A DNA stretch of 64,000 nucleotides from Patescibacteria group bacterium (GTDB taxonomy: Bacteria > Bacteroidota > Ignavibacteria > Kapaibacteriales > Kapaibacteriaceae), in contig JBILLF010000001.1 in assembly GCA_044376225.1 (NCBI GenBank), positions 7,653-71,652 of the forward strand. The letters run 5' to 3'. A program made the position numbers and the translations under genes. The first letter of the stretch is position 1. Each line of letters starts with the position of its first letter. This document shows, in pieces, positions 56,594 to 64,000 of the stretch. Under the pieces are notes generated by a model. It made no database searches, was not told the DNA's origin, and saw nothing but the letters and a program-made list of their open reading frames with translations.

Positions 56594-57597
56594 ATTTTAT
56601 CGATACCGCATCCATTGCGGTAAAGGCCGGCGACGGTGGTGCCGGTCATGTTTCATTCCGACGTGAAAAATACGTTCCGAAGGGCGGGCCTGATGGTGGA
56701 AACGGTGGTGCCGGCGGCTCGGTGATCGTTGAGGCTGACCAGCAGCTCGGGACACTGCTCGACTTCACCTATAAGCGCAAATATGAAGCGCAGGACGGTG
56801 AGCGAGGGGGCAAGAGTAACTGCACCGGCAGAAGCGGCAACGACATCGTTATCCGTGTACCGGTTGGCACGATCATCCGTGACCGCGATACCGAAGAGGT
56901 TGTTGCCGACATGACCGTCCATGGCGAGCGAGTGGTTGTAGCTCATGGAGGAATGGGCGGTCGGGGCAACTCAGAGTTTGTAACCTCGGTCAACCAAGCG
57001 CCCCGCAACGCCGATCCCGGAACACCCGGAGAAGAGTGCCAGTTGGACCTTGAGCTGAAACTTCTGGCCGATGTTGGCCTGGTTGGCTTTCCCAATGCCG
57101 GAAAGAGCACGCTGATTTCTTCCATATCAGCAGCCCGACCCAAGATTGCCGATTATCCTTTTACCACACTCGTGCCCAACCTTGGCATGGTGCGTGCAGG
57201 ACAGTACCGTAGTTTTACGGTTGCTGACATCCCTGGACTCATCGAGGGGGCTCACCAGGGCAAGGGCCTTGGCCTGCAGTTTCTGCGTCATATTGAACGT
57301 ACGGCTGTACTGGTGTTCCTGATCGACATTCAGAGCGAAGATCCCGAGCAAGAGCTTTCGGTCCTCCGTAGAGAGTTGGGCCTATATTCGCCGCAACTCC
57401 TTGATAAGCCTTGGCTTGTATGCCTCTCAAAGGCCGATGTTGCGCCTGACGACCTGCTCGACGAGTTCAGGGCAAGCCCCTTTGCCGTCGAGCATCAAGC
57501 ACGCATCATCTCAGCTGTATCAGGTATGGGGCTCCCAGAACTCACAGAGCTGATGTGGTCTTACGTTAAGAAGCAGAGAACAATTCAGGCGGACTAA
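56590..57597 (+). CDS. obg: GTPase ObgE/CgtA
   Basis: [45 protein letters not shown] (Obg fold), G1 [9 protein letters not shown], G3 DIPGLIEGA. Confidence 0.93.
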   Translation: [335 protein letters not shown]

Positions 57598-57696
57598 CTA
57601 ATCTGGCACGATGCTTGATTGGCAAAATCCGGACGAAAGTGCGACGTTGAAGGCGTGCGCATGAAAGCCCGAGCCCGAGACCATGTGACCACCAAA

Positions 57697-57704
57697 TATC
57701 TTTG
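57697..57704 (+). promoter_or_regulatory. TATCTTTG (TAnnTTTG) motif in the long spacer before the adhesin-like gene
   Basis: Exact motif 189 nt upstream of the ATG at 57894. Confidence 0.3.
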
Positions 57705-57893
57705 GTGCGGTTTGGGTTTGGCAGAACGCCTTTGTCGTGGTATTTTCGGATGACGGGGTGGGGCGTGCATGCGCTTCGGCCCGTGATGCGATGTTTAGTA
57801 ACCTTCCCGGTTGCAACGATGTCGTTCAGCCTTGAGAACCAAAGCATGAAAGTAATGATGTACAATAACTCAACGTTTCACTTGGAGGATCGT

Positions 57894-60800
57894 ATGAATC
57901 GATTCGATTCCGCGTTCTCGTCTTCACAACGGACTCCGGCGCTGTGGCTCCGCACCGTGTTGTTGGCGGTACTGTTCACTGTTGGCATGTCGTCGTTCGC
58001 AACGGCACAGACAATTAACCGTGCCTCGCCAGCAGGAAACCTCAATCAGGCTTGCGAAGGCCAGCAGATCGTGTACAATACCGAGAACCTCGGTACGACA
58101 GGTCTGACGTATACCTGGACGGTCGTTGGTGGATTCGTCACGGCTGGTGCTGGGACGCCATCGGTAACTGTCCAGTGGCAGAACGTTGGAACTCAGACGC
58201 TGACGATCACCCGGAATAACTTCGGAACGGTAACGGCAACCACGATCAATATTGCAGTGAGCCGCACTCCGACGCCTGCCATTGCGGGAAGCAACGTTGT
58301 CTGTCTCAACTCTGAGCGCACCTACACGACGCTCGGTGTTGCGGGCAGCAACTACACGTGGAACGTCTCTCCATCAAGCCTTTGCGCCGTTATCGGCGGA
58401 GTGCCACTTGGTGTGGCCTCCGGTTCCAACCAGGTCAACCTGCGTTGGATCAATACCGGTACAGCAACCGTTTCTGTGACAGAAACAGCTGTCGGTAATG
58501 TATGCTCGGCAACGACAACGGCCTCTGTCATTGTCAACCCAGTCCCTACACCAAGCCCTCAGTCAACTACGGGATACGGCAACCCAACGACCCGCCGTCC
58601 TGGTATCGTTGCCTCTGGAACGTCGCACACCTACACGGTAGGTGCCACACCTGGAAATGTTTTCCAGTGGACGGTTACCGGTGGTACGATCACGAGCGGT
58701 TCGGCATCAAGCCCATCGATCACTGTTACGTGGCCAGCAGCTGGTGTCGGCACGATCCGCTGCCGCGAAACTGTACCTGGTTCAGATTGCAGCACGGAGC
58801 GTCTTGATACCGTGCTGATCCGTCCGAATCCTACCCCATCTTTCACCGGACTGACGAGCCCTTGCTCTGGCTCGACACAAACATATTCAGTTCCAAACGT
58901 GGTAGCTGGTAACTCCTACAACTGGACGGTTGCACCGGGCGGTACAATTATTTCTGGCCAGGGTACAGGCTCAATCTCGGTCGTGTGGACGACACCTGTG
59001 TGGCCGAACGTTCTTTCGTCATCGGTCAGTGTCACGGAAAGCATCACGGATGCTCTTCCCGTTGGCGGAGCTGGTACAGTAACGACATCTTCACAATCGG
59101 TGTTTGTCAAGCCAGTTCCACCAACCACGCTCATCTCTGGTCCGACCACGGCTTGCGCGACGAACCTCTCGAACAATCCTCCAACGATTACGAACGCCAT
59201 CTATACGTGCACGGTACCAGTCAACACTGGTGTTGGACCGACTGGATCAGGAACAGTAGCACCAACATGGACTGTAACTGGTGGTAACATCATCTCCGGC
59301 CAAGGCACAGCTACGATCACTGTTCAGTGGAATAATGCTACGTCTGCCCCAATCGTCGGTAGTGTTTCGTGCACACACACATCAACGTTTACCTGTGCAT
59401 CGACTGGAACGTTTAACGTTACGGTTAACCCACTCACGACGCCAGTTATTACCGGCCCATCGGTTCTCTGCGCACGCACGGCCGGTGACTACAGCGTTGC
59501 CGCAGTCACTGACAACACATACTCATGGACTGTAACTGCCGGCACGATCGTTTCGGGCCAAGGCACGAACCGCCTGCGTGTTCTGTGGAACACTCCTGGA
59601 GCAGGTTCTCTGACGGTAACGGAGACAAATCCAACGTTTGGTTGCCCAACACAGAACACATTCAACGTCACGGTTAACCCGCTTCCAACAGCCACCTTGT
59701 CGGTTTCCGGCAAGACAGCATTCTGCGAAGGTGGAGATATTACGATCTGTGCACCTGTTGGTTTTAGTCGCTACGTATGGAACACTGGTGAAACTGCCCG
59801 CTGCATCGTTGCTCGCACATCCGGTGCATACTGGTGTATGGTCACCAACAACAATACCTGTACCAACTCATCGGATACAGTTCGTTTGAACGTGACAGCA
59901 GCTCCGGGACCAGTGGTTGCAATCAGCGGACCTACAACGTTCTGCGAAGGCGGAAACGTAACTCTGACAGCACCAGCCGGTTTCTCTGCTTACGCATGGA
60001 CGACGACAGCTGATCCAAACTGGAAGGCTTCTACGCCAAGTGTAACGGTAACGCTCGGTGGTCAGTATCGTGTGCGTGTTGCTGATGCAGTAACGGGTTG
60101 TACGGGTGTCTCTGGTGAGATCGATGTTGTTGTCAATCCAACACCAAAGCCAGTTCTTTCGGTTACCGGCAACACAAACTTCTGCGCTGGAGACAGCGTT
60201 GTTGTGACGGCACCTTCGGGCTTCGTTTCCTACAGCTGGATTTCAAGCAACGGTAACTCGTACGGAACAAACAACCGCATTGTGATCAAGGCCACAGATA
60301 CTGTTATCTGTCAGGTTGTTGACGTATTCGGTTGTGCTGGTGCTTCAGCTGCTGTTGGCGTAAAGACGCCGCCGGTGGTTCGTCCAGTTGTTATCAGTAG
60401 CGGTCCAACCACATTCTGCGATGGACGTACGGTCACGCTGACGGCTGAAGATGGCTTCGCCACGTACCTTTGGTCGAACGGTGCAAAGACCCGTGAAATC
60501 ACTGTTGACCGCACCGGCGATTACTCAGTCACAGTCCTCGATAAGAATTCGAATTGCCCGGTAACTTCAGCTGGTGTGTCGATCAACGTCAATGACAATC
60601 CGGTTAAGCCGATCCTTTCCCGCACGGGCGATGTGCTGTCGGCAAAGTCATCGGACAATGTTGAGTCATGGATGTGGACAGCTGATGGCCAAGTGATTCC
60701 GAACGCAACATCGAGCTCCTACACAGTTAACAAGCCAGGTAAGTACGCAGCGATTGCTACGCGCACAGGTTGCTCATCGACATCAGAAGAAATCGACATT

Positions 60801-61088
60801 CTCTTTACGGGTGTTGATGAAGATGTTGTTGCTGGTGCCTCGTTGTTCAGCGTGTATCCAAACCCAACGAGCGGCCGTGTTAATCTCTCGACGGGTCTTG
60901 CTCTGACGGGTAACGTTCAGATCACGGTTACGAATGCCGTTGGTGTCTCGATGCTCGTCGCTTCGGACGTTGCAACTGGCGCTGGCTTCTCTACGACGCT
61001 TGATCTGACGAACCTGCCTGCTGGCATGTACAATGTTGCGATCAACAATGGTGGAGAGCGTTGGGTTGTTCGTCTGGTTCGCCAGTAA
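57894..61088 (+). CDS. Large secreted adhesin-like protein: tandem PKD/Ig-like modules plus T9SS C-terminal domain
   Basis: Start at MNRFDS... (GGAGGA 4 nt upstream; signal peptide LLAVLFTVGMSSFATAQ). About six modules of the type Y.WTV.GG.I.SGQG..SI.V.W, then about five Cys-containing modules (T.FCEGG.V.L.AP.GF..Y.W). The CTD is VYPNPTSGRVNLS...GMYNVAINNGGERWVVRLVRQ. Confidence 0.8.
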   Translation: MNRFDSAFSSSQRTPALWLRTVLLAVLFTVGMSSFATAQTINRASPAGNLNQACEGQQIVYNTENLGTTGLTYTWTVVGGFVTAGAGTPSVTVQWQNVGTQTLTITRNNFGTVTATTINIAVSRTPTPAIAGSNVVCLNSERTYTTLGVAGSNYTWNVSPSSLCAVIGGVPLGVASGSNQVNLRWINTGTATVSVTETAVGNVCSATTTASVIVNPVPTPSPQSTTGYGNPTTRRPGIVASGTSHTYTVGATPGNVFQWTVTGGTITSGSASSPSITVTWPAAGVGTIRCRETVPGSDCSTERLDTVLIRPNPTPSFTGLTSPCSGSTQTYSVPNVVAGNSYNWTVAPGGTIISGQGTGSISVVWTTPVWPNVLSSSVSVTESITDALPVGGAGTVTTSSQSVFVKPVPPTTLISGPTTACATNLSNNPPTITNAIYTCTVPVNTGVGPTGSGTVAPTWTVTGGNIISGQGTATITVQWNNATSAPIVGSVSCTHTSTFTCASTGTFNVTVNPLTTPVITGPSVLCARTAGDYSVAAVTDNTYSWTVTAGTIVSGQGTNRLRVLWNTPGAGSLTVTETNPTFGCPTQNTFNVTVNPLPTATLSVSGKTAFCEGGDITICAPVGFSRYVWNTGETARCIVARTSGAYWCMVTNNNTCTNSSDTVRLNVTAAPGPVVAISGPTTFCEGGNVTLTAPAGFSAYAWTTTADPNWKASTPSVTVTLGGQYRVRVADAVTGCTGVSGEIDVVVNPTPKPVLSVTGNTNFCAGDSVVVTAPSGFVSYSWISSNGNSYGTNNRIVIKATDTVICQVVDVFGCAGASAAVGVKTPPVVRPVVISSGPTTFCDGRTVTLTAEDGFATYLWSNGAKTREITVDRTGDYSVTVLDKNSNCPVTSAGVSINVNDNPVKPILSRTGDVLSAKSSDNVESWMWTADGQVIPNATSSSYTVNKPGKYAAIATRTGCSSTSEEIDILFTGVDEDVVAGASLFSVYPNPTSGRVNLSTGLALTGNVQITVTNAVGVSMLVASDVATGAGFSTTLDLTNLPAGMYNVAINNGGERWVVRLVRQ

Positions 61089-61119
61089 GACTGCCCGGTA
61101 ACAACGGAACTTTTACTAC

Positions 61120-61154
61120 GGGGATGCACCTTGGTGCGTCCCCGTTTTTATTTT
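61120..61154 (+). terminator. Strong rho-independent terminator after the adhesin-like gene
   Basis: GGGGAUGCA-ccuugg-UGCGUCCCC (9 bp including one G-U pair) followed by GUUUUUAUUUUG. Confidence 0.8.
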
Positions 61155-61247
61155 GTGGAACAGCCGAACAGTACGCCCATTCATTGACACGAAGTTTAAT
61201 CGTCCTGCGTCAGTTGCTGGCATGGTCCAACATCAAAATCCCCTCCA

Positions 61248-63536
61248 GTGAATCGCTTGAAGCTCGCATCATTTGTGATCGTTGTCACATGTTCCCTTGC
61301 CACTTCCTTCGGGCAGTGGAGGGAGGTGTCTGTGCCTGGTCCGTTCAATCAGGGGTACTATCTCGACGTGTTTTTCCTGCCAACTGATTCAAATCTTGGC
61401 TGGGCCTGTTCTATCGAGGGCTATGTTGTCCGAACGACAGATGCAGGGCGTACATGGAGAGGAGTTCAGGTGCGGGGGGGTAATCTTGAGTACGTTCAGT
61501 TTCTGAATGCCAGGATCGGCTATTCGTCAGGTCCGAGTGGTCTGTATCGGAGCACCGATGGAGGTGCTAGCTGGCGAGACATAACACCCGAGCTGGTAGC
61601 TGAAGAGAAGATGTGGGGCAGCTTCTGGCTCAATGAAAGCGAAGGCCTCTTCTTCGTAGGAGGGTGCATGACTGGCCGCCAGTACTTTTATCGTACAACT
61701 GATGCTGGTAATACATGGACCGTCTCTGTGGCATCTGAGCCTAACAGTGGACTCAGCGATGGCATCGTCTATGCAGATGGTAACGGATATGCTGTGAGTA
61801 GTGGAGTGCTCTGGGGCACCAATGATGCAGGACGTAACTGGTTTAAGATCAATAACACCGGATCTCGGACATGGAATGAAGAGATAACCGTGTACGGTCG
61901 TTCAATTCTTGTCCCGTCGTCGGGAACAGATTGTGATGGTCAAACCCGGGGTGTCGGTGCTTTGCGATTCAGCAGAGATGCCGGCAGGTCATGGACCGAG
62001 TTCCAAACCCGAGCCAACATGTTTGGTGCATTCCTTGTCAATGACTCGACGGGATGGGGTGTAGGAGATGAGCGTTCTGTCTTCCAGACAACGAATTACG
62101 GCCGTTCATGGGTTCGTCGGAATTGTGGAATTCGTGGGAATATTGATGATGTGTGGTTCATCAACGATACACTCGGCTGGGCCGTAGGTGACGGTATATA
62201 CCGAACAAATACCGCTGTTGGGATGTCGAACATCACGATCTATCCGGATGTTCGAACGATAGCGATCTGCGCAGGTGACTCCCTTTTTGTTGAGGCCAAA
62301 GGACCATTTGCTCCCTATGAATGGAGTGATGGTGCCATTGCGCCAGCACGTATCATCAATCGTCCCGGTACATATACAGTCAAAGCATACGACTCTCTCA
62401 CCTGTCAGTATGTACAGGATACGATCACTGTAACCCTTCGAAGCACCTATGTCCCACAGATCGGTGCGTCCTCAAAGGCAATCTGCCAAGGTGACACGAT
62501 GACGCTGACCGTAAATGGTCCAGTCGTTTCATGGTTGTGGTCAACAGGCGACACGACATCATCCATTAGATCCGGGACTGCTGGAAGGGTGTCGTGTGCG
62601 ACCATCGATACAGCGGGATGCCGGCGCGAGGCTACGTTCGACATTCTTGTGAACCCAACGCCACGTCCAGTTGTTGTTCCCAACCGAGGAACAACGATCT
62701 GCCAGGATGAGCAGGTCGTTCTTACGGTTGATCAATCTTATGTTTCCTACCGGTGGAGCACTGGTGAGGCCACAAAGAGCATCACCACCTCGATCGCAGG
62801 TGAGTACGTGGCTGAAGTTGTTGATGTGAATGGATGCATTGGGCGTTCGGAACCGGTGACGGTCATCGTTCGCAACGTTCGTAACCAGGCAAAGTTTCTC
62901 TACGCATCGTCAAAACCTGAGTACGTGATTTCTGATCATGAAGTCGGATTACTGCGGTGCATGAATATTGGTGTTGTGAACCTTTCCGATACGAGCGACC
63001 TGATCATGCGCGGCGCACGCTTCAAAGGTAATGTGTTCTTCTCCGTTCCACAGGGTCAGTTCCCTATAACGATACCTCCATCGGGCGCGGGTGAGCTTGT
63101 CATCTGTGCTTCTGCGGTCGATGTCGGGCAGATCCTCGACACGCTGCAGTTCGACGATGCCTGTTCAACGGTCGGTATTCCAGTGTTTACAACCGGCTTG
63201 CCGATCGCGTTCCAAGGGACCTCGCGATGTGATCTGCCAGTGGAAACCTCGATTATCCGAGCAGGATCAGCGTGGCGTCTGCGAGCCCCCTACCCAAACC
63301 CATCTGACAATGTGACAGCGGTGTCATTAGCCCGCACGGGTAGCGGCTCTGCAGGTGTGTCGGTTGACATTGTGGATCTGACAGGCACACCTGTTATCGG
63401 GCCGACCACGGTACAGGTCGGCCACGAAACAACCCACAACCTCGATGTTGCGGGGCTGCGCGCGGGACTTTACGTGGTTCGTATGACCGTAGACGGGGAG
63501 CTCCTTACCTCGTTCCCGCTCATCATCAGTCGGTGA
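61248..63536 (+). CDS. Secreted BNR/Ycf48-like beta-propeller protein with Cys-containing Ig-like modules and T9SS C-terminal domain
   Basis: GTG start and a signal peptide (FVIVVTCSLATSFGQ). Six BNR-type motifs: TDAGRTW, TDGGASW, TDAGNTW, NDAGRNW, RDAGRSW, TNYGRSW. Three modules resemble those of the upstream gene (ICAGDSL...Y.WSDG). The CTD is YPNPSDNVTAVSL...GLYVVRMTVDGELLTSFPLIISR. Confidence 0.8.
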   Translation: MNRLKLASFVIVVTCSLATSFGQWREVSVPGPFNQGYYLDVFFLPTDSNLGWACSIEGYVVRTTDAGRTWRGVQVRGGNLEYVQFLNARIGYSSGPSGLYRSTDGGASWRDITPELVAEEKMWGSFWLNESEGLFFVGGCMTGRQYFYRTTDAGNTWTVSVASEPNSGLSDGIVYADGNGYAVSSGVLWGTNDAGRNWFKINNTGSRTWNEEITVYGRSILVPSSGTDCDGQTRGVGALRFSRDAGRSWTEFQTRANMFGAFLVNDSTGWGVGDERSVFQTTNYGRSWVRRNCGIRGNIDDVWFINDTLGWAVGDGIYRTNTAVGMSNITIYPDVRTIAICAGDSLFVEAKGPFAPYEWSDGAIAPARIINRPGTYTVKAYDSLTCQYVQDTITVTLRSTYVPQIGASSKAICQGDTMTLTVNGPVVSWLWSTGDTTSSIRSGTAGRVSCATIDTAGCRREATFDILVNPTPRPVVVPNRGTTICQDEQVVLTVDQSYVSYRWSTGEATKSITTSIAGEYVAEVVDVNGCIGRSEPVTVIVRNVRNQAKFLYASSKPEYVISDHEVGLLRCMNIGVVNLSDTSDLIMRGARFKGNVFFSVPQGQFPITIPPSGAGELVICASAVDVGQILDTLQFDDACSTVGIPVFTTGLPIAFQGTSRCDLPVETSIIRAGSAWRLRAPYPNPSDNVTAVSLARTGSGSAGVSVDIVDLTGTPVIGPTTVQVGHETTHNLDVAGLRAGLYVVRMTVDGELLTSFPLIISR

Positions 63537-63580
63537 CATCAGGGGGCGAGTGGCCCGTAGAAACTTCGTAGTTTGCACGT

Positions 63581-63982
63581 ATGGCAACGATCATTTCCCT
63601 CGATCCCCGCGTAACGCGTATGGCGATCGAACAGGATCCGGGATCTGCTCCGGAACCAAAGTCAGAACTGGATCAGTTTCACACCTACGAGGTGTTTCAC
63701 CAGGGCAAGACCGGTGCGCACCACGTTCACGTGGGTATCGTCCATGCTCCAAATCCAGAAATGGCGCTACTCCTTGCCAAGGAACAGTATGGACGTCGTG
63801 GACAGACCACGAACCTCTGGGTGGTCAATACCCGTGATGTGGTGACAATGCAGACCAGTGACTCTGATGTCTTCGTGACAACACCGGAAAAGACCTATCG
63901 GGATGTTGGAGCCTATATGGTGCGGAACAAAGTTGAAGCCTACAAGAAGAGACAGCAGGAAGGCAATTCTCATGAATCGTGA
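63581..63982 (+). CDS. paaB: 1,2-phenylacetyl-CoA epoxidase subunit B-like protein
   Basis: 133 aa. YEVFHQGKTGAHHVHVGIVHAPNPEMALLLAKEQYGRRGQTTNLWVV parallels E. coli PaaB (YEVFVRGKQGLSHRHVGSLHAADERMALENARDAYTRRSEGCSIWVV) as I recall it. Has a ~30-aa N-terminal extension. Confidence 0.75.
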   Translation: MATIISLDPRVTRMAIEQDPGSAPEPKSELDQFHTYEVFHQGKTGAHHVHVGIVHAPNPEMALLLAKEQYGRRGQTTNLWVVNTRDVVTMQTSDSDVFVTTPEKTYRDVGAYMVRNKVEAYKKRQQEGNSHES

Positions 63983-64000
63983 TGCCATGAAAGACATGCT
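63972..64000 (+). CDS. 5' end of an unidentified ORF (MNRDAMKDM...), truncated by the window edge
   Basis: The ATG overlaps the paaB 3' end by 11 nt. An in-frame ATG also lies at 63987. Too short to identify. Confidence 0.3.

Noticed and set aside
57566-57865. 99-aa and 72-aa minus-strand ORFs in the obg/adhesin spacer
   Set aside because: No ribosome-binding site, and odd composition. One overlaps the obg 3' end. The region is better treated as non-coding.

Overview
Densely coding bacterial chromosomal segment, genes on both strands, starting inside the 3' end of dnaA. It is GC-rich. Hand counts of 120-nt samples gave 71 G+C at the start of atpG, 56 at the start of hldD and 60 inside the large adhesin gene.

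Lineage: seven proteins carry Por/T9SS-type C-terminal sorting domains. There is also a DUF1573 protein, an AtpZ-led atpB-E-F-H-A-G operon without atpD/atpC, and recurrent TAnnTTTG promoter-like motifs. Together these point to the FCB superphylum (Bacteroidota / Ignavibacteriota / Chlorobiota / Rhodothermota-like). Clear Shine-Dalgarno sequences before many genes argue against classical Bacteroidia.

Confidently recognised housekeeping genes: dnaA (3' end), dapB, upp, bcp, dnaX, clpC, family-4 udg, ddl, atpBEFHAG, hldD, crtB-like, radA, katG, obg, paaB. Also present are enoyl-CoA hydratase, deoxyhypusine-synthase-like, a PfkB kinase, a class-V aminotransferase, an SPFH protein, an AI-2E transporter and several ABC ATPases. 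Secreted or surface proteins include two tandem S8 peptidases, an EEP nuclease/phosphatase, a PhoX-like propeller, a 1222-aa propeller/Ig protein and a pair of adhesin-like proteins.

I saw no rRNA, tRNA, CRISPR array, transposase or integrase.

No single feature is an unambiguous new system. The best candidates for follow-up are:
- an AT-richer hldD gene wedged between atpA and atpG, followed by three uncharacterised membrane genes that seem co-transcribed with the ATP synthase operon;
- an in-frame TatD / signal-peptide / beta-barrel fusion ORF;
- permease-less ABC ATPases, then a giant T9SS cargo translationally coupled to an OmpA-like protein with a poly-proline hinge;
- three genes whose start codon lies 4-6 nt after a TAnnTTTG motif, suggesting leaderless mRNAs;
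- two adjacent AT-richer adhesin-like genes sharing Cys-containing repeat modules.

All product calls come from motif recognition by eye. No searches were run.
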